From a virus (Duplodnaviria > Caudoviricetes), in the IMG/VR virus record IMGVR_UViG_3300032232_001415, positions 1-64,000 of that record: a stretch of 64,000 nt of DNA. One strand, written 5' to 3'. The number at the start of each line of letters is the position of its first letter. Positions within the stretch are counted from its first letter, which is position 1. Under the pieces are notes generated by a model, which was not told where the DNA came from, did not search any database, and saw only the letters and a program-made list of their open reading frames with translations. Made by a program: the position numbers and the translations under genes. Positions 45,977 through 55,300 of this stretch are shown one piece after another.

Positions 45977-46079
45977 AGGGGATCCAGACTACAAAACAAG
46001 ACTTTTATCTTAGTTTTCAGTCTATAGTGTATAATGTATTATTAAAATCAAACTTCTTAAAGAAAAATTACCAATAAAT

Positions 46080-49000
46080 ATGTCAGCATTACAGGAACTT
46101 CAGAACTATACATTTGTTAGCAAATATGCTCGTTGGATCGAAGACAAAAACAGAAGAGAAACTTGGAAAGAGGCTGTTGAGCGTGTGAAAAATATGATGC
46201 ACACTCAGTACCCAAACGTAAAAGAAGAAATCGATTGGGCATATGACATGATGTACAAAAAGAAAGTTCTTGGAAGTCAAAGAGCTCTCCAATTTGGTGG
46301 AGACCCCATTCTAAAAAGACATGCAAAAATATATAATTGCACAAGTTCGTATTGTGACAGATTAAGGTTTTTTCAAGAATGTTTCTGGCTATTGCTTTGC
46401 GGAAGCGGTACTGGGTTTAGCGTTCAAAAACACCATGTTTCCAAATTACCAACATTAGAACACGATGTTCCGAACAATAATGAAGGAATAAAGTATGTAA
46501 TAGAAGACAGTATAGAAGGCTGGGCTGATGCTCTTGGCGTACTATTAAGTTCATATTTTAGCAAACCAATTGAAGAATTCAAAATATATAAAAATACCTA
46601 TGTAGTTTTTGACTATTCTAATATTAGACCAAAAGGATCATCATTAGCTAGTGGTGTAGGAAAGGCTCCTGGATTTGAACCATTACAAAATGGACTAGAA
46701 AAAATAAGAACTCTACTAGATCGTTGTGTGGCTAATGGCCAAAAGAAACTACGACCAGTTGACGCCTATGATATTGTTATGCATAGTAGCGATGCTGTTT
46801 TAAGCGGAGGGGTTAGACGTAGTGCTAGTCTTGCTTTATTTAGTCATGATGATGAAGAAATGGCAAAAGCAAAAACTGGCAATTGGTACATAGATAATCC
46901 ACAAAGAGCACGAAGTAATAATTCTGCACTTCTACTTAAAAACGAAACAACCCTTGAAGAGTTTCAAGAACTAATGGAGAGCGTCAAAGAATTCGGAGAA
47001 CCCGGATTTATCTGGAGCGACTCAACAGAAATGACATTTAATCCTTGCGTTGTAGCAGATTCAACTGTGGTCACCGATTGCGGAATAAAGTTAGTCTCTG
47101 ATCTCATTGACAAGCCGTTCAACGCAATAGTTGATGGAGTATCATATCCTAGTTATAAAGGCTTTTGGAAAACCGGCACAAAACAAGTAATCGAGCTGCA
47201 ATTTAAGTCTGGTAGATCATTAAAAGTAACTCCTAATCATAAAATAATGACAACAACAGGCTGGAAAGAAGCTGGAAATATTAATTTTGGTGAAAATGTA
47301 GTTATTAATAATCATAGAGGAGTTACTAACGGAATAGCAAAATTTAGTCAATCGGATAATGATTGGAAAAAAGGGTATTTACTTGGTTTGTTTTTAGGCG
47401 ACGGAAACCACACTAAGGGTTCGGCACAACTAAAGTGGTGGGGCGAATCAAAAGAGTCTTATAGACAAGAAGCATATCAAATGCTCTCAGACGTTGGTTT
47501 TATAAATAATCACAATAAGTCAGAACAAAATTCTGTTGCTGTTTATAGCTCTATAGAATCTAAAAAGCTCATGCAGTTTGCAATTGATAACGATTGTATG
47601 ATTGGAACATCCAAAATATTAAGTAAAAAATCTATCTGTGGATCGTGGGGTCATATTTCTGGTTTAGTCGCTGGTTATTTTGATGCCGATGGAACGGTAT
47701 TAGTCAATAATATTAAAGGATCTTCTTTAAGAATCTCTTCTGTTCAGTTAGACAATTTACAAAATCTACAAATAGCGCTCAATTCTCTAGGGATTTATTC
47801 TAAAATCTATAAGAACCGAAGACCGGAGGGTGACAGAGTTATGCCAGATGGCAATGGTGGAACTAAAAGCTATTTCTGTCAAGCTTCGCATGAGCTTGTT
47901 ATCAGTAGCGATAGTATAACTAGATTTGCAAAATACATTCCTATTAAAAATACTGACAAAGCGAATAAAATTCAAACAATAGTTAATAACTATCAAAGAA
48001 TGCCAAATAGAACTAACTTCGTTGATAAGCTTATTAATAAAACTATAGTTGGGGAATTAGATGTATACGATTGCACAGTCGAAGATATTCACGCATTCGA
48101 TAACGACGGCGTTTATGTTCATAACTGTGTGGAAGTGGGTATGTGGCCAGTCGATGAAGAAACTGGAAAGAGTGGATGGCAAGGATGTAATCTATCTACT
48201 ATTAATTGCTCTTCTATTGAAGATGAAGATGATTTTTATGAAAGATGCAAAGCTGCTGCTATTATAGGAACTTTACAAGCTGGATTCACTAAGCTAGATT
48301 ACCTTGGAGAGATCACTTGCAGAATTTTCGAAAGAGAAGCTTTGCTCGGAGTTTCATTAACTGGAACAATGGAAAAGCATGATCTTGTTCTTTCAGAAAA
48401 AGTTCTTCGTGCTGGTGCAAAAATTGCTGTTGAAACTAATAAGGAACTTTCAAAGAAAATTAAGATTAATCAAGCTGCAAGAGTGACTTGTTTAAAACCA
48501 GAGGGAACAAGTAGCAGTATGCTTGGAACAAGTTCTGGTATACACCCACATCATGCAAAAAGATATATTCGTCATGTACAAGCTAACGTTCTTGAAGCAC
48601 CGTACCAACACTTCAAGAAGATAAACAAACAAGCCTGTGAAAAATCTAGTTGGTCAGCAAATAATACAGATGAGGTAATTAAATTTCCAATAGAAGTACC
48701 AGATGGTGCAAAACTAAAGAATCAATTACCAGCTGTCGAGATGCTATCAATTGTAAAAGATACTCAAAAGAATTGGGTTCAAAGTGGGAAAAATAGATCA
48801 TTATGCACCCAAGAATACTTAAGCCATAATGTTAGTAATACGGTAACAGTAAAACCAGACGAATGGGATGATGTTACTAAGTATATTTATGACAATAGAA
48901 AGTATTTTGCTGGAATTAGCCTTATTCCTCAAAGCGGAGATAAGGACTATACACAAGCCCCATTTACTACTGTTTATACTAGTCGTGAAATTGTAAAAGA

Positions 49001-49349
49001 ATACGGTGATGCTGCATTATGGTGCTCAGGACTTATTGAATTGGGTTTAAATGCATTTAATAATAATCTATGGGCAGCTTGTGACTATGTTAGTATGAAT
49101 CAAGCAAAAGAGAATGATGATCAAGAAAAATTACTATTTATTACTAAGATGAAAAATTTTAGTGGTAAATATTTTAATGGAGATATCAAACGTCTTACGT
49201 ATTGTATGAAAGATGTTTATAATTGGAAAATTTATTGTGATTTATTTAATAGTTTCAAGAAGGTTGATTATACACAACTATCTGAGACTGAGGACAATAC
49301 TACTGGTATAGAGGAAATTAGTTGTGCTGGCGGCGCGTGTCTAATTTAA
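46080..49349 (+). CDS. nrdJ: Class II (adenosylcobalamin-dependent) ribonucleotide reductase, intein-containing
   Basis: YNC, GSGTGFSV, GGVRRSA, NP|C.E, CNL, KPEGT and C-terminal CAGGAC. Confidence 0.92.
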   Translation: MSALQELQNYTFVSKYARWIEDKNRRETWKEAVERVKNMMHTQYPNVKEEIDWAYDMMYKKKVLGSQRALQFGGDPILKRHAKIYNCTSSYCDRLRFFQECFWLLLCGSGTGFSVQKHHVSKLPTLEHDVPNNNEGIKYVIEDSIEGWADALGVLLSSYFSKPIEEFKIYKNTYVVFDYSNIRPKGSSLASGVGKAPGFEPLQNGLEKIRTLLDRCVANGQKKLRPVDAYDIVMHSSDAVLSGGVRRSASLALFSHDDEEMAKAKTGNWYIDNPQRARSNNSALLLKNETTLEEFQELMESVKEFGEPGFIWSDSTEMTFNPCVVADSTVVTDCGIKLVSDLIDKPFNAIVDGVSYPSYKGFWKTGTKQVIELQFKSGRSLKVTPNHKIMTTTGWKEAGNINFGENVVINNHRGVTNGIAKFSQSDNDWKKGYLLGLFLGDGNHTKGSAQLKWWGESKESYRQEAYQMLSDVGFINNHNKSEQNSVAVYSSIESKKLMQFAIDNDCMIGTSKILSKKSICGSWGHISGLVAGYFDADGTVLVNNIKGSSLRISSVQLDNLQNLQIALNSLGIYSKIYKNRRPEGDRVMPDGNGGTKSYFCQASHELVISSDSITRFAKYIPIKNTDKANKIQTIVNNYQRMPNRTNFVDKLINKTIVGELDVYDCTVEDIHAFDNDGVYVHNCVEVGMWPVDEETGKSGWQGCNLSTINCSSIEDEDDFYERCKAAAIIGTLQAGFTKLDYLGEITCRIFEREALLGVSLTGTMEKHDLVLSEKVLRAGAKIAVETNKELSKKIKINQAARVTCLKPEGTSSSMLGTSSGIHPHHAKRYIRHVQANVLEAPYQHFKKINKQACEKSSWSANNTDEVIKFPIEVPDGAKLKNQLPAVEMLSIVKDTQKNWVQSGKNRSLCTQEYLSHNVSNTVTVKPDEWDDVTKYIYDNRKYFAGISLIPQSGDKDYTQAPFTTVYTSREIVKEYGDAALWCSGLIELGLNAFNNNLWAACDYVSMNQAKENDDQEKLLFITKMKNFSGKYFNGDIKRLTYCMKDVYNWKIYCDLFNSFKKVDYTQLSETEDNTTGIEEISCAGGACLI
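47046..48125 (+). mobile_element. Intein (360 aa) with LAGLIDADG homing endonuclease
   Basis: Begins CVVADSTV; block B VTPNHKI; LLGLFLGDG and VAGYFDADG; ends VYDCTVED.H....GVYVHN followed by Cys. Confidence 0.95.
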
Positions 49350-49371
49350 CTCTATAGCTAAAGGGTAAAAA

Positions 49372-50103
49372 TTGAGAAAAAATACTAAAGGTAAGAAGAA
49401 AAAAGTAATTGATGCTACCAAACCATTGGTAAATGAAAATAGTGGACATGCTTATAGAAATAGGCTAAAACCACGCACAGACAATCAAAAAGAATATATT
49501 CGTACCATAGCTGAAAATACCATCACCTTTTGTCAAGGACTAGCGGGAAGTGGAAAAACTCATATTGGTATTGGTATGGCAATAGAGTATTTATTAGATG
49601 CAAAAGTAAAAAAGATTGTAATAACTAGACCAGTTATTGAGGCTGGTGAAAAAATTGGATATTTGCCAGGAACCGCAGAAGAAAAACTTCATCCTTATCT
49701 ATTACCGATAATAGATGAAATACATCATTTTATTTCTCCTGCTCATTATGCTAGTTTAAAACTGAATAATAAAATAGAAGTTGTTCCACTCGGTTTAATG
49801 AGAGGTCGTAATTTTCATGATTGTTTCATAGTTGCAGACGAGTGCCAGAATGCATCATATGAACAACTAAAAATGTTAATAACAAGAATAGGTAAAGATA
49901 GTAAACTAGTATTAACTGGAGATGTGGGTCAATCAGATTTACATAGACACATACAGGGTGGATTCATTGAAATGATTAACAATCTGAATGATATAGATGG
50001 AATAGGAATTTCTAAATTAGAATCTTCTGATATTGTTAGAAATCCTATTATTGCAAAAATTTTACTAAGACTAGAATCTTATGAGAACGGAAATACAAAA
50101 TAG
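49372..50103 (+). CDS. phoH: PhoH-family ATPase
   Basis: GLAGSGKT, ITRP, GYLPG, MRGRNF, DECQN, TGDVGQSD, VRNP. Confidence 0.93.
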   Translation: MRKNTKGKKKKVIDATKPLVNENSGHAYRNRLKPRTDNQKEYIRTIAENTITFCQGLAGSGKTHIGIGMAIEYLLDAKVKKIVITRPVIEAGEKIGYLPGTAEEKLHPYLLPIIDEIHHFISPAHYASLKLNNKIEVVPLGLMRGRNFHDCFIVADECQNASYEQLKMLITRIGKDSKLVLTGDVGQSDLHRHIQGGFIEMINNLNDIDGIGISKLESSDIVRNPIIAKILLRLESYENGNTK

Positions 50104-50662
50104 TAAATGTCTAGTACTAAATGCTGACTACACGCCATTAAAAGTAATAGATTGGCAAAAAGCAATCTTATTATCTGTAAAATGTTCTATAACATCAAAA
50201 TGTAGTGTTGAAATTATTGAATACTATAATGATAGGCATATTCATGGTGTTTGTGGAAAAGTGTATAAGTTACCCAAATTAATAAGAACCACCAAATATT
50301 TTAACTTGTATAATAAACCAATGAATTTTTCTAGAAAAAATTTGTTTATAAGAGATAAATATACTTGTCAATATTGCGGGATGCAACATGCTACTAATCA
50401 TTTAACATATGATCATATTATACCAAAATCCAGATTTAAAGGACAAAAGCACCATTGTACGAATTGGGAAAATATAGTTACGGCATGTATAAAATGTAAT
50501 CATAAAAAAGGCAACAGAACACCGTCCGAAGCCAATATGAAATTAATAAAATCTCCAATTAGACCAAATTACTCTCCAGAATACTTGCCTTGGGTGGATG
50601 ATCTCGATACTATAAAAGACGATGATGAAATCATGAAACTCTGCAGACCATACCTAGGATAA
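50081..50662 (+). CDS. HNH endonuclease
   Basis: LVLNADYTPL, RD.YTCQYCG, DHIIPKS, WENIVTAC..CN..K. Confidence 0.9.
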   Translation: MRTEIQNSKCLVLNADYTPLKVIDWQKAILLSVKCSITSKCSVEIIEYYNDRHIHGVCGKVYKLPKLIRTTKYFNLYNKPMNFSRKNLFIRDKYTCQYCGMQHATNHLTYDHIIPKSRFKGQKHHCTNWENIVTACIKCNHKKGNRTPSEANMKLIKSPIRPNYSPEYLPWVDDLDTIKDDDEIMKLCRPYLG

Positions 50663-50670
50663 TATACATA

Positions 50671-51084
50671 ATGAAAAAAGAAAATATATTCCAAATAAAT
50701 CATGCTGTTGAAAATAGTGATAAATTTTATACACTATTAGGATTAGAATCATTTGTAGATGATCTAGGATTTCCAAGATTAAATGAGAATGACGATAATA
50801 TTTTTGCAAAAGTAATATATAATAAACCAAGAAAAAATATCAATAATAATCAACAGCATCCAAGATTCTATATTAAAACAGATCCACAGAAAAATATACA
50901 TAATCCAATTAAGCTTTTTTCTTCACCAAACCATAATACTAAATCTATGCCATACATTAATAAAGTATGTAAAGATCCTTTAAAATTTACAGAAGTTACA
51001 GAATCTGTATTTACTAAATACATTAATTTCCTTAAAACTAAGAATATTACATGGTTAACTAATGCTCAAAGGGATATAATATAA
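50671..51084 (+). CDS. Hypothetical protein, paralogue of 51398..51835
   Basis: Shared TL.G.E.FVD, IFAK, NP, VC and YI.FL..KNI.WL.NA.R. Confidence 0.7.
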   Translation: MKKENIFQINHAVENSDKFYTLLGLESFVDDLGFPRLNENDDNIFAKVIYNKPRKNINNNQQHPRFYIKTDPQKNIHNPIKLFSSPNHNTKSMPYINKVCKDPLKFTEVTESVFTKYINFLKTKNITWLTNAQRDII

Positions 51085-51441
51085 ATGCCAGAGTATACTT
51101 TTGAGTGTGAAAACTGTAAAAATAAATTTGAAATAGTATGTTCAATAAAAGACTACACAGATAAACAGTCGTGCCCAATGTGCAAAAGCTCATCAACATC
51201 TAGATCATATATAGATGATTGCATGAATATATCTGGATCGGTTAAAAAGTCTGATAGTGAACTTAAAACATTGGGTGATTTAGCAAATAGAAATAGAGAT
51301 AGATTAAGTGATGATACAAAAATAGCATTACATAAAAAACATAATGAGTATAAAGATGTAGCTTTCCAAAAAGAGCTACCTAAAGGAATGTCTAGAATTG
51401 AAAAACCTAAAACCAAAACGAAATGGACAAATGATGGATAA
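51085..51441 (+). CDS. FmdB-family zinc-ribbon protein
   Basis: MPEYTFECENC...FE...CPMCKS. Confidence 0.8.
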   Translation: MPEYTFECENCKNKFEIVCSIKDYTDKQSCPMCKSSSTSRSYIDDCMNISGSVKKSDSELKTLGDLANRNRDRLSDDTKIALHKKHNEYKDVAFQKELPKGMSRIEKPKTKTKWTNDG

Positions 51442-51835
51442 TTATATGTTTAAGCCTAAAAGTGTCTTTGATAAAAAAGATAAAGATACAGATCCAGAAC
51501 AAGAACTATTTACTTTAATAGGAATGGAAGATTTTGTTGATGAATCATCCTTAGCCAGAATAAAAGATGAACTATCTCAAGATAAAATTTTTGCTAAAAA
51601 AATTATAAGAAAAAATGGTAGTAATAAATATATGATTAGATTAGCAAACAATGCTAAATTATATAATCCACTATCTATATATAATAAAGAAAAAATTAAT
51701 GTATTTTTAGATAATGTTTGTAGATCTGATAAAAAATTCAAAGAAGTAAATGAAAAAACTTTTAATTGGTATATTAAATTTTTAAATAGTAAGAATATTT
51801 CATGGCTAAATAATGCAGAAAGAGAGAGTGAATGA
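51398..51835 (+). CDS. Hypothetical protein, paralogue of 50671..51084
   Basis: See paralogue. True start is probably near 51431-51434. Confidence 0.7.
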   Translation: MKNLKPKRNGQMMDNYMFKPKSVFDKKDKDTDPEQELFTLIGMEDFVDESSLARIKDELSQDKIFAKKIIRKNGSNKYMIRLANNAKLYNPLSIYNKEKINVFLDNVCRSDKKFKEVNEKTFNWYIKFLNSKNISWLNNAERESE

Positions 51836-52164
51836 TGGCATCGTTGACAAAAATGAATAAGTATGCTATACTGTGGTTGAATTCTCAGGGATACTCAAAT
51901 GAAAATATCTCAAAAGAATTAGATATATCTATTAAACAAATAGACAATTTAATAAATAAAAATTCACCACAGCTAAAGACATCTTCCGGACCCGTAAAGA
52001 AATATCCATCTAAAGAATTAATGATAACAGAATCTGCTAATAAGAAAAATAGAGTTTCTATTATGACAAAAGAGTCTTCTGCTATTAATGATGAAAAAAG
52101 AAAAAATACTCAAACTAAATCATCAAAATTAGAAAAAGGAATATTTAGACCATATGGAAAATAA
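51832..52164 (+). CDS. HTH-containing protein
   Basis: QGYSNENISKELDISIKQI. Confidence 0.6.
   Translation: MMASLTKMNKYAILWLNSQGYSNENISKELDISIKQIDNLINKNSPQLKTSSGPVKKYPSKELMITESANKKNRVSIMTKESSAINDEKRKNTQTKSSKLEKGIFRPYGK
51844..51872 (+). promoter_or_regulatory. Near-consensus sigma70 promoter inside an ORF start
   Basis: TTGACA-N17-TATACT with an extended -10 TG. Confidence 0.65.
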
Positions 52165-52597
52165 TTATGAGATAGAAGATTTACTAGAATTAGGCATTGA
52201 TTTAACAGATGAAGAAAGAGCCATTATCGAAAAACTTGATAAAAAAATATCATCTATTTTAGAAAAAAAAAGAGAAGAGTATTACGAAAATATAGATGAC
52301 AATTTAGGAAAGCATTTTAATGATAAACATCCAGGAATAGCTCCTCCAAAAGGAGTGACCCAGTGTCAACATGAAATCAGAATAACTACGATTGGTCAAG
52401 TTTACGAGGTTGATGAGAATGGATATGTATCACAGACCAAAGAAATGTATAGAAAATTTTATCATATTCCTGTTGGCGTGGGATCGGAGCATTATGAGAC
52501 ATATATTGAAAAATTCTTCAATACTTTTGAAGAAAAACTAACATCAACTTGTAAAGAATATATAAAAACAGAAGAGAAGGATCAAGAAAATAATTAG
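52154..52597 (+). CDS. Hypothetical protein
   Basis: Packed ORF. Confidence 0.6.
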   Translation: MENNYEIEDLLELGIDLTDEERAIIEKLDKKISSILEKKREEYYENIDDNLGKHFNDKHPGIAPPKGVTQCQHEIRITTIGQVYEVDENGYVSQTKEMYRKFYHIPVGVGSEHYETYIEKFFNTFEEKLTSTCKEYIKTEEKDQENN

Positions 52598-52598
52598 T

Positions 52599-53018
52599 AT
52601 GGAAGAATATATATCAAAGTATTCTAATGGCAAAGTTGTATCAGCAGCTCAATACATTACAGAAATAATATGTGAGAGAAAAGCACTGATCAATAAAGAA
52701 GATTTACATTATAGATTTTGGCTTCAGTCAAAATGGGAAGTTTTTTATAGAAATCAAATTGGTTCAGCACATAAGCTATTAAAAAAATATTCTTCAAAAT
52801 CTATTATAAGAGCACTTAATACAGACAAGGGGAAGAAAATATATTCTTTGCGAGCACCCCACCTTCCTCCTATCATAGAAGAACAAGAAGTGGTTCTAAA
52901 ATCAGAAAATCAGAATCTAAATCTTAATTTGCAAAGGAAAGAGAATGTTAGTTTTCCTACAAATAAAGCTACAAAAAATATAATTTCAAAACTAAAAGGA
53001 TTAGATTATGAGTCTTAA
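52599..53018 (+). CDS. Hypothetical protein upstream of recA
   Basis: Packed ORF. Confidence 0.6.
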   Translation: MEEYISKYSNGKVVSAAQYITEIICERKALINKEDLHYRFWLQSKWEVFYRNQIGSAHKLLKKYSSKSIIRALNTDKGKKIYSLRAPHLPPIIEEQEVVLKSENQNLNLNLQRKENVSFPTNKATKNIISKLKGLDYES

Positions 53019-54027
53019 AGAAGATGTAAGAAAAAAATTTGGCGATGATATAATGTTAACAGCAAATGCTGTAATTGATAAAAATTTAATAACCATCCCA
53101 GTAAGCCCAGCGTTGGATATAGTTCTAAATGGTGGTATTCCAGAAGGGTCGTTCGTTATTCTTACTGGACAACCAAAATGTGGCAAAACAACTACATCAT
53201 TAGATTTCTGTGCTACCGCACAAAGACCAGAATATGCCTATGGTTCCTTTAAAGAAGGAAGGGAAGTGTATTACCTAAACATAGAAGGTAGATTGAAAAA
53301 GAGAGACCTAGAAGGAATACCAGGATTGAATTTAGAAAAATTTAATATTATAGGTTCTCAAGAGGGCAAGATACTTCATGCTGAAGAATATCTGCAAATA
53401 GCTGAACGAATTATTAATGAAATTCCAGGATCTGTAGTAATAATAGATTCATATTCAGCCCTTTGTACAGAGGCTGAGATCACATCCGATATGGATAAAA
53501 TGCAAAGAGCAGACGGAGCAAAGCTATTAGCAAAATTTTGTAGGAAAGTAGCAAATGTTATTCCTGTAAATAGGAATATAGTCATAGGCATAACACATTT
53601 GATGGGAAATCCAGGTTATGGTACATCCGAATGGAAAGAAAAAAGTGGACAAGCCATAGCATATCAAACTGATATAAAACTTAAAGCAAAGTTTTTTAAA
53701 AAATGGAATCTTAGTGATGATAGTCCCCAAATAGGACAAGAAGTTGAATGGGAAGTATTATGTTCTGCTTTGGGGCCTCCGGGTGGTAATATTACAAGCT
53801 ATATAAGATATGGTCAAGGAATAGACAGGCAAATGGAATTGCTTACTTTAGCTGTTGATCTTGGATTCATTCATAAGGGTGGAGCTTGGTATACTATGAG
53901 TTCTGTCGAAGATAAACCAAAATTTCAAGGACTGGAAAAAACAAGACAATATTTAGTAGATAATCCAAAGGTTTATGAAGATTTGTTGCTAAAGGTCAGA
54001 GATACTATGGGAATAAAATGCAAGTGA
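53008..54027 (+). CDS. recA: RecA/UvsX-like recombinase
   Basis: LDIVLNGGIPEG, GQPKCGKTT, IIDS, YGQGID, GGAWY, KFQG. Confidence 0.9.
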   Translation: MSLKEDVRKKFGDDIMLTANAVIDKNLITIPVSPALDIVLNGGIPEGSFVILTGQPKCGKTTTSLDFCATAQRPEYAYGSFKEGREVYYLNIEGRLKKRDLEGIPGLNLEKFNIIGSQEGKILHAEEYLQIAERIINEIPGSVVIIDSYSALCTEAEITSDMDKMQRADGAKLLAKFCRKVANVIPVNRNIVIGITHLMGNPGYGTSEWKEKSGQAIAYQTDIKLKAKFFKKWNLSDDSPQIGQEVEWEVLCSALGPPGGNITSYIRYGQGIDRQMELLTLAVDLGFIHKGGAWYTMSSVEDKPKFQGLEKTRQYLVDNPKVYEDLLLKVRDTMGIKCK

Positions 54028-54425
54028 TAGATTTGGATGGAAATTCATATAATTGGCAACTTATTGGGAATATTGCTCATGGTATGGTAAATAAAAAATC
54101 AAGCCTTCATTTAAAAGCTAGAGAACTAATACATTCATGCTTCCCAACATTACAAGTATTGGAAGAAGTTCCAATACAAATTAGAAGAGCAGAAACACTA
54201 TATCTAGATTTTTATCTTCCATTAACAAAAAAATGCATAGAGGTTCATGGAGAACAACATTATTCTTTTAATAGATTTTATCATAATACATTATTGGGTT
54301 TCATTAAACATCAAAAAAGAGATAAAGAAAAAAAGGAATGGTGTGATATGAATAGTTTAAAATATATAGAATTACCTTTTAGCGAAACTATAGATCAATG
54401 GAAAGAAAGAATAACCAATGATTAA
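54018..54425 (+). CDS. PD-(D/E)xK-like (Vsr/DUF559-type) endonuclease
   Basis: LYLDFYLP, IEVHGEQH, RD..K..WC. Confidence 0.7.
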   Translation: MQVIDLDGNSYNWQLIGNIAHGMVNKKSSLHLKARELIHSCFPTLQVLEEVPIQIRRAETLYLDFYLPLTKKCIEVHGEQHYSFNRFYHNTLLGFIKHQKRDKEKKEWCDMNSLKYIELPFSETIDQWKERITND

Positions 54426-54906
54426 AACAACAAAAGAAGAAATATCTGAGTGGGATAAATTATTAGACGAATATGAAAATAGTATAGGGCTATCTCAATA
54501 TAATCCGTCTGGTCTTTCTGATACTGAACTAAATAGTTATTTAACGATGAATAGAGATGAACTAGAAAAATTAACACCAGAAGATTGTGCTCAAATTTCT
54601 TATAGACTTGGACAATTTTCTTTTCATATACAAAGAACTATTAATAGAGAAATAGCCAGATTAAATTGGGCTGAAGAAAATATTAAAGAAGTAATAGCAG
54701 ATGAAATTAATAACTATAAAGGATATGGCTATATAGAAAAATCTTATCAGGCTATTAAGCACAATGATAGGGCGCAGTCATTAAATAAAATAAAAAAATA
54801 TGCTAAACAAAGAAGTGATAGACTTTCATATTTAGCTAATGGAACTAAAAATTTAGCAGATATTTTATTGTCTATTCAAAAAATAAAGGTACTAAAAAAT
54901 GGATAA
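54418..54906 (+). CDS. Helical hypothetical protein (possible recombination mediator)
   Basis: Coiled-coil character and position near recA; function inferred from context only. Confidence 0.5.
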   Translation: MIKTTKEEISEWDKLLDEYENSIGLSQYNPSGLSDTELNSYLTMNRDELEKLTPEDCAQISYRLGQFSFHIQRTINREIARLNWAEENIKEVIADEINNYKGYGYIEKSYQAIKHNDRAQSLNKIKKYAKQRSDRLSYLANGTKNLADILLSIQKIKVLKNG

Positions 54907-55297
54907 TTTATCTCCAGAACAAATTCAAACAATGATTTCTATGTTACAGGCAATGCTTCCTCAAACCGAGGCAGTATCGAAGAAAAAAAAGGATGCCATA
55001 CACAGCTCCCCCGCTAAAAAAACTAAGAAATTATTACCATCGACATCAACAAGAAATAAAAATAAATCAGTCAGGACTAATAAGTTTGTTGATATGCCAG
55101 AGAAAGCTATGCACAAAGAAGATGTAGCAATAGATAAAAAACTGTCTGTAAGACCTCCGGTCCCCAGAGCCCGATCTTTTAAACTGGTCAAAGTAGTATG
55201 CAGAGTTTGTGGAAAGAGAGAAGAAGTCAGTCCTGGACTTATCCACGAATCCATCGATAGATATAAGTGTAACAAGTGTTCGACCTCCAGCGGGTGA
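54899..55297 (+). CDS. Basic protein with C-terminal Zn finger
   Basis: CRVCG...YKCNKC. Confidence 0.6.
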   Translation: MDNLSPEQIQTMISMLQAMLPQTEAVSKKKKDAIHSSPAKKTKKLLPSTSTRNKNKSVRTNKFVDMPEKAMHKEDVAIDKKLSVRPPVPRARSFKLVKVVCRVCGKREEVSPGLIHESIDRYKCNKCSTSSG

Positions 55298-55300
55298 AAA

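Noticed and set aside
45977-46079. Cobalamin riboswitch or NrdR box upstream of nrdJ
   Set aside because: The leader is only ~100 nt and AT-rich with no B12 box. Only a half-match (TATAGTGT) to an NrdR box is present.
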